Source: an uncultured Burkholderiales bacterium (GTDB lineage Bacteria; Actinomycetota; Acidimicrobiia; IMCC26256; JAGPDB01). Taken from it: a stretch of 64,000 nt of DNA. Shown in pieces: positions 46,796 to 56,447 of this stretch (positions within the stretch are counted from its first letter, which is position 1; the number at the start of each line of letters is the position of its first letter). The notes under the pieces are model-generated. The model was not told where the DNA came from and made no database searches. It saw only the letters and a program-made list of their open reading frames with translations. Where the stretch lies: positions 1,341 through 65,340 of the forward strand of contig CAZLQP010000004.1 in assembly GCA_964561855.1 (NCBI GenBank), read 5' to 3'. Position numbers and translations under genes: made by a program.

Positions 46796-47305
46796 ATGAA
46801 TATATCTAAAAAACAAGGTATCATCGGAGCAGTCATTGTAGCGGCGATTATCGCTTTTATTCTCATTTACTTTCAGCCTCAAACTCTTTTCATTAACACA
46901 ACAGCTGAAGAATCTCAACAAGGTCAAATCGTAGTTAGGTCAGCTCCAGATTCCGACACAGTCGATGTTGTTGAAGACGAAGAAATGATGGAAGCAGCTA
47001 AATCCACTTGGCGTTCTCGTGATAAGGAAACTACAGGTGAAGTATTTTTAACACAAGAAGGTGAGAAATTATTTGTTCGTTTCGAAAATCTAAACACATC
47101 AAATGGTCCGGATCTTTTTGTATATCTTGCCAAAGATTTGGAAGACAATGGCCGTCCAATTGACTTTGTAAATCTAGGATCCTTAAAAGCCAACAAAGGT
47201 GATTCAAACTATGAAGTGCCTTCAGATGTAGACATCAATGAGTATAACTATGTCGTTATTTGGTGTGAAAGATTTTCGGTATCGTTTGCTGACGCTGCGA
47301 TATAA
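46796..47305 (+). CDS. DM13 domain protein with N-terminal membrane anchor
   Basis: TM helix, then GEVFLTQEGEKLFVRFENLNTSNGPDLFVYL...LGSLKANKGDSNYEVPSDVDINEYNYVVIWCERFSVSFADAAI, which matches the DM13 pattern (GPDL.VYL ... G.Q.Y.VP ... VVIWC..F.V.FG.A). Confidence 0.75.
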   Translation: MNISKKQGIIGAVIVAAIIAFILIYFQPQTLFINTTAEESQQGQIVVRSAPDSDTVDVVEDEEMMEAAKSTWRSRDKETTGEVFLTQEGEKLFVRFENLNTSNGPDLFVYLAKDLEDNGRPIDFVNLGSLKANKGDSNYEVPSDVDINEYNYVVIWCERFSVSFADAAI

Positions 47306-47313
47306 GTAGTTAA

Positions 47314-48006
47314 TTAGTATTGCTGGTTTACCAGCATCATCAATCGACGGTTAGTAGAGTCAAGCACAGCGCGCGCAATTGCGTCCGCTTCGTTTCCTTG
47401 ACGAACGATTGCAGAACCAGAAACTATTTGTTCTTCAGGTGGAACAACAAAAATGATTGTCACGACTGCAACGTCGCTTCCGCCAATGCGAGTAACCAAT
47501 GCGGAGTCAACATCAAGAGATTCTGCTAATGGCTCGAGCTGGCGAAGAGCATCGAGTGTAGCTTGTGCAATCAAGCGATGCCGTGCAGCTGATGCAACAG
47601 AACCTTCTGCAAAACCTAAAGCTTGTGTTTCGTTGTGTTCTAAGGAAACTTTTACAGTAGAGCGCAGTCCTGTAGATTCAGAAGTGATGGAAAGAATTTT
47701 CGGTCGGAAATCTTTATCGAATAGAAATTCTGTTTCAGGTGAATCGATTTGCACGATAGAAATTCGGCGTCGATCAATGTCATAACCGAAACTCGCAATT
47801 GCAACAGATTGGATATCTCGAACTAATTGCTTGGGCGCCTTATTTGGAGCTGCAACGATGTGTACTTCACTTGGCTCGCCATCATATCCTGCAACAATTC
47901 GAGCAGCCTTAATGTCTGGAAGTCTGCGCAGTTCTTTTTCTAGCAAAATTATTGGATCGTTACCTTCGTATTCTGCTACTGAGATAACGTTGTTTTGCTC
48001 TTCCAT
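47314..48006 (-). CDS. Conserved hypothetical cytoplasmic protein
   Basis: 230-aa ORF with good coding character; no motif I can name. Confidence 0.5.
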   Translation of the reverse strand: MEEQNNVISVAEYEGNDPIILLEKELRRLPDIKAARIVAGYDGEPSEVHIVAAPNKAPKQLVRDIQSVAIASFGYDIDRRRISIVQIDSPETEFLFDKDFRPKILSITSESTGLRSTVKVSLEHNETQALGFAEGSVASAARHRLIAQATLDALRQLEPLAESLDVDSALVTRIGGSDVAVVTIIFVVPPEEQIVSGSAIVRQGNEADAIARAVLDSTNRRLMMLVNQQY

Positions 48007-48189
48007 GTGCTTCCCCTCAAACCGATTGCTAATTAGTACATTCTACACCAAAGTGGTACAACTATGTAAGAGTTTTCTTCAGTTATCCCTCATAATCGCC
48101 CATTTTTGCCGGTTTGATAACGACTCTAGCTGAACTTGAACCAAAATTCCATCTCTGAAAACGTCGTATTTATATCTAGTTCCGTTATC

Positions 48190-48307
48190 GAGTCTTGGCT
48201 GTGGTTGTGTCTCGAATTGTGTTTCGCGCAGCTTCGCTGACGAGACGAGCCTAAGGTCTCGACTCTCGCTGCAAATGCAATTCGAGACACAACCACAGCC
48301 AAGACTC
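48190..48307. repeat. Perfect 30-bp inverted repeat with structured 58-nt spacer in the ileS upstream region
   Basis: GAGTCTTGGCTGTGGTTGTGTCTCGAATTG (48190..48219) is the exact reverse complement of 48278..48307. The spacer contains CGAGAC..GTCTCG and GCAGC..GCTGC sub-hairpins. GC-rich relative to its flanks. Confidence 0.85.
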
Positions 48308-48362
48308 TCGTTACTGAATATCAATAGGAAAGTAAACAACTAAGTAACTAGACTTGGTACTT

Positions 48363-51300
48363 ATGTCATCTAACGCAAAACAAAACAATATCTATCCTGA
48401 GGTCACTTCTTCTCCAAATATTCCTGCGATAGAAGAAAGCATTATTGAGTTTTGGAATGACAACAAAATATTTCAAGCATCTGTCGAAGGTAAGAAGAAC
48501 AATCCTAAAGACGAAAAAGATCAAGGTGAATATGTTTTTTATGACGGACCTCCATTCGCAAATGGGCTCCCGCACTATGGTCACTTGATTACAAGTTTTG
48601 TTAAAGACACAGTTCCTAGATATCAAACAATGAAAGGTAAACGTGTTCCACGTCGTTTCGGATGGGACTGTCATGGTTTGCCTGCAGAGATGTTAACTGA
48701 AAAAGAACTTGGAGTTTCTGGTCATATTGCGATCAACGAGTATGGCATCGATAAGTTTAACGATGCTTGTCGAACTTCAGTATTACAGTTCACGAATGAA
48801 TGGCGTCACTATGTAACACGAATGGCGCGTTGGGTTGATTTTGATAATGACTACAAGACACTCGACATAGATTATATGGAAAGTGTTATTTGGGCTTTTA
48901 AACAACTCCATGAAAAAGGTCTGGTCTACGAAGGTATGCGCGTGTTGCCTTATTCTTGGGCTGCAGAAACAGTGTTATCGAATCATGAGACCAAACTCGA
49001 TGATTCATATCGTGAACGCGACGATCCAGCGTTGACTGTCGGATTTAAAGTTCGAGAGTTTTCAAAAGAAGCGCAAAAAAAGATCGACATTGTTCCACAA
49101 GGGATGTTAGATGGTGCTGAGATAAATATTCTCGCATGGACAACAACACCTTGGACGTTGCCTTCGAATTTAGCTTTGGCAGTTGGTCCTGAAATCGAAT
49201 ATAGCGTCGTTGTTGGTGAAGACAATGAAAATCCAACTGCATTTATTTTGGCAACGGCAATGCTTGAAAAATATGAGAAAGAATTGCAGGGATTCAAGCC
49301 AGTTACTACCTTGCAAGGTTCAGATCTTGTAGGGACAACCTATGTGCCGATGTTTGATTACTTTGCTGATACTCAAAATGCTTTCCAGGTCTTTGGTCCA
49401 GATTTTGTAACAACTGAAGATGGAACTGGTATTGTACACCTAGCTCCTTATGGTGAAGATGACTTTGCATTATTAACTGCAAATGATATTGAAATTCCTG
49501 TAGCAGTAGATGCTAAAGGCGAATTCGATTCAAGAGTTCCAGACTATCAAGGTCAACTTGTTTTTGATGCTAATGCAAATATTGTGCGCGACTTAAAAGA
49601 GCGTGGGGTAGTACTTCGTCATGATACATATCGCCACTCTTATCCTCACTGTTGGCGTACTGATCAGCCATTGATCTATCGCCCAATGAGCTCTTGGTTT
49701 GTTGAAGTAACGAAAATCAAAGATCGAATGTTGGAACTCAACAAAGATATCAAGTGGATACCCGATCATGTTCAAGAAGGTGCGTTCGGGATGTGGCTTG
49801 AAGGTGCTCGTGATTGGTCGATTTCTCGGAACCGTTTTTGGGGTTCACCAATTCCTGTCTGGAAATCTGATGACCCCAATTATCCACGAATGGACGTCTA
49901 TGGTTCCCTCGATGAAATCGAACGCGATTTTGGTAAACGTCCAACAGATCTACACCGTCCGGAAATAGATACTTTTACTAGACCTAATCCAGATGATCCG
50001 ACTGGAAAATCAACAATGCGCCGAGTTGAGGAAGTGTTTGACTGTTGGTTCGAATCAGGATCGATGCCATTTGCGCAAGTGCATTATCCATTTGAAAACA
50101 AAGAGTGGTTTGATACTCATTTCCCAGGAGATTTTATTGTTGAATACATCGGCCAGACGCGCGGATGGTTTTATACTTTGCATGTTTTAGCAACAGCTTT
50201 GTTTGATCGAGCAGCGTTTAAAGAATGTGTATCTCATGGAATTGTTTTGGGTTCTGATGGAAGAAAAATTTCTAAACGTTTAAAGAACTATCCAGATCCT
50301 CTAGAGATGTTTGACGAGTTTGGATCTGATGCTATGCGCTGGTTATTGCAAAGCTCAGCTATATTGCGCGGTCAAAATCTGATTGTTGATCGAGATTCAT
50401 TTGCGACTGCTACTCGAAAAGCTATCTTGCCTTTATGGAACTCTTATTACTTCTTTACGTTATATGCCAATAGCGATGGAATAGAGGCGAAACACATAAC
50501 TCAGTCTTCCAATATTTTGGATACTTACATTTTGGCAAAGACACGTAAATATATTGAAGAGTTAACTGTGTCGATGGATGCAAATGATATGTTCAAAGCA
50601 AGTGAACTTACGGAATCTCATTTTGATGTTTTAACGAACTGGTTTATTCGTAGAAGTCGTGAACGTTTTTGGCGACATGAAAAAGATCAAGACAAACAAG
50701 ATGCCTATGACACTTTGTTTACTGTATTGAATCTGATCTGTCGTGCAGTAGCGCCATTGTTGCCCTTGGTGTCAGAGAGTATATGGCGTGGTCTCAATGC
50801 ACAAGATGTTGAGCAGAACAATGGATTGAGCGTTCATCTCGAGACTTGGCCTCTAGAAGATGCACAAGCAATTGCGGAAGATGACGAGTTGATCGCTGCA
50901 ATGGATATGGCGCAAGAAATTTGTTCGAACGCATTATCTATCCGACGTGCAAATAATTTACGTACTCGACTTCCATTAAGCGAGGTTGTCATTTCAGGTC
51001 CGAATGCAAAACGTGCGGAGCGATTTTCCGACATCATCCGTGATGAAGTAAATGTGAAAAATGTGGTTGTTCAACTTGATGCAACAGAGCATGGAAAACA
51101 AAAACTGAATTTGGTGCCAAGTGTTATGGCTCCACGTCATGGTGAAAATGCAAAGAAAGTATTTGCCGGATACAAAAAGGGTGACTGGCAATTAGTTGAT
51201 AGCGTGATGACTGTTGGAGGAATAGAACTTCGGCCTGATGAATATGCTTTGGTGTTAGAACCAGAAAATGCTGATAGCTCTAGAGCATTAGATGACCGCG

Positions 51301-51620
51301 AGACAATTGTTACCTTGAATCTTGAAGTGACAAGTGAGCTTGAACTCGAGGGAATAGCTAGAGACGTTATTCGAGCTACGCAAGAGGCAAGAAAGACTGC
51401 GGATCTCAACATTACCGACCGAATTGTTTTGGAAGTTCAAGGCAACGAAAAAGCAGTCCAAGCAGTCGAAAAATTCGAAAACCTAATTTCCAAAGAAATC
51501 CTCGCCAACTCCATCTCCGCAATCTCCGGAGGACTGACCCTCCAAAACGGACAAAACGGAGAAGGTATAGTTGAAGTGGATGGAGCAGTCTTTAGTGTAA
51601 ATGTTGCCGTGAGTAAATAG
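48363..51620 (+). CDS. ileS: Isoleucyl-tRNA synthetase
   Basis: About 1085 aa with HIGH-type GLPHYGHL and KMSKS-type GRKISKRL; editing-domain and anticodon-binding regions of the expected length. ATG 48363 is preferred to TTG 48354. Confidence 0.95.
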   Translation: MSSNAKQNNIYPEVTSSPNIPAIEESIIEFWNDNKIFQASVEGKKNNPKDEKDQGEYVFYDGPPFANGLPHYGHLITSFVKDTVPRYQTMKGKRVPRRFGWDCHGLPAEMLTEKELGVSGHIAINEYGIDKFNDACRTSVLQFTNEWRHYVTRMARWVDFDNDYKTLDIDYMESVIWAFKQLHEKGLVYEGMRVLPYSWAAETVLSNHETKLDDSYRERDDPALTVGFKVREFSKEAQKKIDIVPQGMLDGAEINILAWTTTPWTLPSNLALAVGPEIEYSVVVGEDNENPTAFILATAMLEKYEKELQGFKPVTTLQGSDLVGTTYVPMFDYFADTQNAFQVFGPDFVTTEDGTGIVHLAPYGEDDFALLTANDIEIPVAVDAKGEFDSRVPDYQGQLVFDANANIVRDLKERGVVLRHDTYRHSYPHCWRTDQPLIYRPMSSWFVEVTKIKDRMLELNKDIKWIPDHVQEGAFGMWLEGARDWSISRNRFWGSPIPVWKSDDPNYPRMDVYGSLDEIERDFGKRPTDLHRPEIDTFTRPNPDDPTGKSTMRRVEEVFDCWFESGSMPFAQVHYPFENKEWFDTHFPGDFIVEYIGQTRGWFYTLHVLATALFDRAAFKECVSHGIVLGSDGRKISKRLKNYPDPLEMFDEFGSDAMRWLLQSSAILRGQNLIVDRDSFATATRKAILPLWNSYYFFTLYANSDGIEAKHITQSSNILDTYILAKTRKYIEELTVSMDANDMFKASELTESHFDVLTNWFIRRSRERFWRHEKDQDKQDAYDTLFTVLNLICRAVAPLLPLVSESIWRGLNAQDVEQNNGLSVHLETWPLEDAQAIAEDDELIAAMDMAQEICSNALSIRRANNLRTRLPLSEVVISGPNAKRAERFSDIIRDEVNVKNVVVQLDATEHGKQKLNLVPSVMAPRHGENAKKVFAGYKKGDWQLVDSVMTVGGIELRPDEYALVLEPENADSSRALDDRETIVTLNLEVTSELELEGIARDVIRATQEARKTADLNITDRIVLEVQGNEKAVQAVEKFENLISKEILANSISAISGGLTLQNGQNGEGIVEVDGAVFSVNVAVSK
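51526..51558 (+). repeat. Family A REP arm embedded in frame within the ileS coding sequence
   Basis: CCGGAGGACTGACCCTCCAAAACGGACAAAACGGA matches the 33-nt left REPIN arm (58026..58058) with about 4 mismatches. It is read as S-G-G-L-T-L-Q-N-G-Q-N-G. No right arm is present. Confidence 0.8.
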
Positions 51621-52130
51621 ATGCAAAGCGGCATTAGATTTCGCGAAGCTGATGAAGCGGATGTGAACACTATCGCTACTTTGCTTCAAGAACACTACGA
51701 GTTTATGCGTGAGACTTTTTCCCATACGAGGCATATTATTAGTTGGCCTCATTCGGACGTAGGTTTAGAGTTTGTTTCTAAATTTGTACCTGGAGATGAG
51801 TTGCATAAAAGTTGGATTGCTGAGGATGCTCAAGGCGCGGCTATTGGTTATTTGTTAGGAAAGATATATTCAACGGCTCATCGATCAGATAATCCAATTT
51901 CGGAAATAGATAATATTTTCATCACCAAAGCAGCTCGCGGGAAAGGCGTCGCAAAAAAACTTGTAAATCTTTTCAACGAATGGTCCTTGAAAAATAATGT
52001 TAAGCGAATGAAGGCACAAACTTACGCCGACAATTTTGATGCACATCAGTTCTATGAATCGTTGGGAATGAAGCAAATAGAAGTTATTTATGAAATACCA
52101 AAGTTTGAACTAGAAAGTCAGGTTAAATAA
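51621..52130 (+). CDS. GNAT-family N-acetyltransferase
   Basis: IFITKAARGKGVAKKLV (acetyl-CoA binding R/Q-x-x-G-x-G/A motif), about 169 aa. The start abuts the ileS stop. Confidence 0.8.
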   Translation: MQSGIRFREADEADVNTIATLLQEHYEFMRETFSHTRHIISWPHSDVGLEFVSKFVPGDELHKSWIAEDAQGAAIGYLLGKIYSTAHRSDNPISEIDNIFITKAARGKGVAKKLVNLFNEWSLKNNVKRMKAQTYADNFDAHQFYESLGMKQIEVIYEIPKFELESQVK

Positions 52131-52585
52131 TGAAACGAATTTCAGACTTCTTTGTCTTGTTGGCACAAGTGATAATCGGTTTTATATATGTTTCCTTCGC
52201 AGGTCCTTGGTCGGAAAATATAGTGATACTCCTAGTAGGTACAGTATTGATCGGTACTGGGATCGCATTGGGTATTCGCGGGATTTATGATCTACGTAAA
52301 AGTTTCGCTGTGCATCCCAAGCCTCACGAAAAAGCTGAGTTCATACAGACTGGGATCTATTCCTATGTAAGGCATCCAATGTATAGCGGTTTGATTTTGG
52401 TAGCGATTGGGTTCTTACTTGTTCGCTATAGTCAAGATCTACTCGTGATGTTTTTCTTTGCAATAGGATATTTAGCAATAAAAATCTATATTGAAGAGAG
52501 GTTTTTAAACTCATTCTTTGAAGATTACCGAGAATATTCAAAGAAAACTGGATGTATCTTTCCAAAACGCCTCTATAGGGTCTGA
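52130..52585 (+). CDS. Isoprenylcysteine carboxyl methyltransferase (ICMT)/phospholipid methyltransferase-family membrane protein
   Basis: 4 TM; GIYSYVRHPMYSGLIL and EERFL motifs. The stop TGA lies in the loop of the family C REP. Confidence 0.75.
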   Translation: MKRISDFFVLLAQVIIGFIYVSFAGPWSENIVILLVGTVLIGTGIALGIRGIYDLRKSFAVHPKPHEKAEFIQTGIYSYVRHPMYSGLILVAIGFLLVRYSQDLLVMFFFAIGYLAIKIYIEERFLNSFFEDYREYSKKTGCIFPKRLYRV

Positions 52586-52616
52586 CCCTATTTACAAATA
52601 GGGTCAGACCCTATAG
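52573..52616. repeat. REPIN-like doublet, family C
   Basis: CTATAGGGTCTGACCCTAT-TTACAA-ATAGGGTCAGACCCTATAG. Pairing extends to GCCTC/GAGGC (52569..52620). Confidence 0.88.
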
Positions 52617-52647
52617 AGGCGCTGTAGCTTCGACTAGTATTTAAGCC

Positions 52648-53649
52648 GTGACTCAACGAAAAAAGGCTTTAACTGGTGTAAAACCTACAGGAACACCCCA
52701 TCTTGGAAATATTATCGGCGCTATTCGGCCTGCAATTGCTTTGGCGGAAAAATATGACACCAATTACTTTATTGCAGATGCTCACGCGTTGACAACGGTG
52801 ACTGACCCGCAAGTTTTACGTGATCAAACATTTGAAGTAGCAGCGACTTGGATTGCCTGTGGACTTGATCCAGAACAATCTACTTTTTATAAGCAAAGCG
52901 ACATCATCGATGTCTACGAGTTGTCTTGGATTTTTCATTGCCTTTCTCCAAAGGGCCTTATGAATCGTGCTCACGCTTATAAAGCAATTGTCGATGCGGC
53001 TATTGAAGCTGGAGATAGCGATGCTGATTCGTCTGTAAATATGGGGTTGTTTAGTTATCCGATTCTTATGGCAGCCGACATCATAATGTATTCTGCAAAC
53101 TTTGTTCCTGTTGGACAAGATCAGAAACAACATGTAGAAATCGCTCGTGATATTGCACTTAAATTTAACAATACCTACGGCGAACTGCTGACTGTACCTG
53201 AGCCGCTGATCGAAAAAGATGTTGCTACACTTCCAGGTTTGGACTGGAGAAAAATGTCGAAGAGTTACAACAATACTATTTCGATATTTGTATCCGATGA
53301 TGAATTATTAAAACAAGTCAAAAAGTTTAAAACAGATTCAGTTCAACCCGGTGAGACGAGAAATCCTCAAGAAGTCCCAATTTTTAAACTTCTAGAGGTT
53401 GTAGGTAGCGAATCGGCTATTTCTGAAGTTAAAAATAACCTAGAAAATGGCAATATTCGCTGGGGAGATATTAAAGAACTTTTATTTGAGGAAATAAAAA
53501 GGGAATTCGCATCAGCGCGAGCAAAGTATCAAGAATTACAGTCTGATCCTGGTTTTGTCGATAACGTTTTGGCTCAAGGAGCAAAAAAGGCACAAGAACA
53601 GGCAGGGACGTTAATGGAACAGGTTAGAAAAGCCGTGGGTCTTCGATAA
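52648..53649 (+). CDS. trpS: Tryptophanyl-tRNA synthetase
   Basis: GVKPTGTPHLGNIIGA (HIGH region), GQDQKQH, KMSKS. 333 aa, GTG start. Confidence 0.93.
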   Translation: MTQRKKALTGVKPTGTPHLGNIIGAIRPAIALAEKYDTNYFIADAHALTTVTDPQVLRDQTFEVAATWIACGLDPEQSTFYKQSDIIDVYELSWIFHCLSPKGLMNRAHAYKAIVDAAIEAGDSDADSSVNMGLFSYPILMAADIIMYSANFVPVGQDQKQHVEIARDIALKFNNTYGELLTVPEPLIEKDVATLPGLDWRKMSKSYNNTISIFVSDDELLKQVKKFKTDSVQPGETRNPQEVPIFKLLEVVGSESAISEVKNNLENGNIRWGDIKELLFEEIKREFASARAKYQELQSDPGFVDNVLAQGAKKAQEQAGTLMEQVRKAVGLR

Positions 53650-54744
53650 ATGCAAGTTGATCTGCTGGAAGAATTAGATAATGCAAATAGCGACAAAGAA
53701 CTATTTGATGCCGCATCAAAAATAGTTGTAGTCCCAAAAGTTCAAGGCGAGACTTTTGAAGATAGAAGTTTTATTCTTCACGCACCTTTAGAGCTCTGCG
53801 CTCGATACTTTTTATTGCCTCTAGTTGACGACACTCATGTGCAGTCGGCACGGGCACAGATAAGAAGGCTCGCTCGTCGTTATCACGATTACGAAAATGC
53901 TGAAGTTAAAATCGCAGATGTTCCTTTCAACCCTCTAACTATTGATGTAAACAAATGGTCTTCAACATTATTGTTTGCAAGCCACCCATCTATCCTGCTT
54001 GCATTACATACTTTATTGGGTGACACAAATGAAGAAATACATAATGTGTTAGCGAGATTCGATTACGACATAATGACATCACCCAGTGAGCAACTGAAGT
54101 TCGTGATTCAAGGAATTGAACCAAAAGAGCTAACTGCTGAATTGGTAGCGCATCCAGAAGATTTTTTTATTGATCATGTTGGAAACATCGAACAAATTAT
54201 GGGTGAAACAGACACGATCAAAGGATTGGTTTGTACTGCTCAAAACTCTGGTCTACTTGACGATCTGATTTCAAAAATAGAAGGCATTGCTAGTTTTTCT
54301 TCTCGGAGTGATTTTGATATCCCGTTTAAAATCTTGCTTCGAATTGCGGTCCTTTCAATGGTGATAGAAGAGAACGATCATGCAAAATATGGCTGGACAC
54401 ATTGTGCAACTATTCCGCATTCCCATTGGGCGCTAAATCAAATAGGGGATTCTGGCTATCTGATAAAGTCTGCAGCAACGTTTGTCTCAGCATTTCGGTC
54501 ATTAATGGGTACACATAAAATATCGAAAGAAGATTTCGAGCCTTACTACGAAGAAGATGAAGAATCTGTTTTTGCTGAACATTATGTAAGGATGACCGAT
54601 ATTATTTCTCGAGCATGTACTTTGGAAGACGGACATCTAGTCAAGCATGTCTATACATGTTTTGATTTAATGAAACGTGATCCGCAATATTCAAAACTTT
54701 ATATCGAAGCAAGCTCTAAACTTTTAGGGATTTGGGAAAATTAG
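53650..54744 (+). CDS. Hypothetical protein, start codon adjacent to the trpS stop
   Basis: 364-aa ORF whose ATG immediately follows the trpS TAA. His-rich motifs (HAPLE, KYGWTHCATIPHSHW, GHLVKHVY) hint at a metal site. No family assignment possible. Confidence 0.55.
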   Translation: MQVDLLEELDNANSDKELFDAASKIVVVPKVQGETFEDRSFILHAPLELCARYFLLPLVDDTHVQSARAQIRRLARRYHDYENAEVKIADVPFNPLTIDVNKWSSTLLFASHPSILLALHTLLGDTNEEIHNVLARFDYDIMTSPSEQLKFVIQGIEPKELTAELVAHPEDFFIDHVGNIEQIMGETDTIKGLVCTAQNSGLLDDLISKIEGIASFSSRSDFDIPFKILLRIAVLSMVIEENDHAKYGWTHCATIPHSHWALNQIGDSGYLIKSAATFVSAFRSLMGTHKISKEDFEPYYEEDEESVFAEHYVRMTDIISRACTLEDGHLVKHVYTCFDLMKRDPQYSKLYIEASSKLLGIWEN

Positions 54745-54899
54745 TTCAGCTTTATAAATAGTTTTTGTATCGCGTTACTTTCATGCGCTAATTCAATGAC
54801 ATTTCGTTATATGCGCTTTCGACTGAGATCCTTTAAAGCTCTTTTTGTTGCATTTTGCGCGAAATCAATGATAATAGGAGATATACGCAAGGAGTGGTG

Positions 54900-56438
54900 A
54901 TGACTGACGTGAGTTTGTCTAGATCTAAACGGAGTCGGAAGGCTAACCCATCTTGGGTTTTGTCTGTGTTGGTTGTAGTCTCTATTGCAGCCTCTGTTCT
55001 GGCGGGCAGTGGAGCGCCTTTGGAATCTAATTCAGAAATAAAGGTAGCAAATCCCAATGCTGTCTTCCCTGTTTTACCTGTAGTGGCCAATCCTGGTTTG
55101 CATCCTGATGCTTGCAAACCTCACACCGCATCTGGTTCACAAACCGCACCTTATTCCGTTACTATATTGCTCGACCGTTCATCTAGCGTTGCTCCTCATG
55201 ATGTTCCAGCATATAAAAGTGCGGTTAATAGTTTTCTGGCTGATCTATCTAATCGCGCTAGACAAGAGAATACTCAAGCTTATGTAAATATCTTTGCTTT
55301 TGCGACATATGCCATTTGGCAAAATAATCCAGATTGGCTTCCAGTATTGAGTCCTTTTAGGAACATTGCTGATCCTACGCCAGGGCCATTTGGATTAAAT
55401 GCGCTTCAACTGCATCAACTTTTAGTGAATGATATATTTTTCTCCCAAAATAGAAATATCCCTTATGCAAATCCTTCAACTGCATATAGAGGCTATAGGG
55501 CGGTTCCTAACTCTACTTTGTACTCACTTGCCACTAACTGGCATGACGCTTTTTCAAACTCTGCCAGAATGGTAAGGTTTTGGGAAGGTGCAACTCAAGG
55601 TCCCGGACGGAGTTTAACAGTGATGTTCACTGATGGTGTGCCAACTGTAAACAATGACCGGAATCATATTGCAGACAACCATAATACTCTTGCAACTACT
55701 CAGACAGTGTCAAACTTTGCTGACTTCATATCTGCTAGATATGGTGTTAACAGGCTTCGAACTGGCGCGGAATATAGAGACCAAAACAACAATATTCCTT
55801 ACTTAAACCCACAATATGATTTGAATTCTAGAAAACAAAACAATGTATTTGGAATTCTGGTTACTCCTGGTACGGACATAAACGGAGTAAATGCAGATAA
55901 TGTTATGGATGCTGTCTTTGGAGCAAGAAATGCCGATTGGTGGAGAGTCCCAGATTACAACAACAATGTACTTAATGGAATCACTACAGGAATTTTAGAT
56001 AGATTCAAATGTGATCAGGTCATACCTATTATCTACACTCCAGGTCTAGAGATAGTATCAATTTCTACAAACCCTGCAAACCGTGTCGTGGAAGAATTGC
56101 AGGGAGGATCATTGAGCGTTACTGTTAGAAATACAACGACATATTCGGGACCTGCTGGATCACCACCTCCGCAGCCCATGAGAGTTACGTTGACAATCAA
56201 TGGTAGTACCCAAATATTTAACTTAAGTCATGGTGCCACGGCATCACGTACACATACGTTTAGTGTCGACTTAGGGCAAATCGGGAACTACTCGCCAGAC
56301 GTGATGAGATTTGATGTAACTGCAACTGGAACTTTCAACCTAGGTTCTCCTTATCAGCTAGCTCCGAATGCATCGAATACAGTCACCAAGACAGGTAGAG
56401 TCGATTTCACGATTGAAAGGCTTGAATTGCCGAGCTAG
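54900..56438 (+). CDS. Membrane-anchored/secreted vWA domain protein with C-terminal Ig-like domain; paralog of 41493..42944
   Basis: AAGGAG precedes ATG 54900 and a TM helix follows (WVLSVLVVVSIAASVLAG). MIDAS-like ILLDRSSSV, then YVNIFAFATYAIWQNNPD, MFTDGVPT and GSLSVTVRNTTTY. Ends ...IERLELPS. Confidence 0.65.
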   Translation: MTDVSLSRSKRSRKANPSWVLSVLVVVSIAASVLAGSGAPLESNSEIKVANPNAVFPVLPVVANPGLHPDACKPHTASGSQTAPYSVTILLDRSSSVAPHDVPAYKSAVNSFLADLSNRARQENTQAYVNIFAFATYAIWQNNPDWLPVLSPFRNIADPTPGPFGLNALQLHQLLVNDIFFSQNRNIPYANPSTAYRGYRAVPNSTLYSLATNWHDAFSNSARMVRFWEGATQGPGRSLTVMFTDGVPTVNNDRNHIADNHNTLATTQTVSNFADFISARYGVNRLRTGAEYRDQNNNIPYLNPQYDLNSRKQNNVFGILVTPGTDINGVNADNVMDAVFGARNADWWRVPDYNNNVLNGITTGILDRFKCDQVIPIIYTPGLEIVSISTNPANRVVEELQGGSLSVTVRNTTTYSGPAGSPPPQPMRVTLTINGSTQIFNLSHGATASRTHTFSVDLGQIGNYSPDVMRFDVTATGTFNLGSPYQLAPNASNTVTKTGRVDFTIERLELPS

Positions 56439-56447
56439 TTTGGGAAA

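Noticed and set aside
48007-48362. T-box riboswitch upstream of ileS
   Set aside because: Actinobacterial ileS genes often have T-box leaders. The best resemblance to the T-box sequence (GGUGGUACCGCG) is AGUGGUACAAC at about 48047, far upstream and on the wrong side of the big hairpin. No terminator or anti-SD arrangement is evident. Left as something for cmsearch to test.
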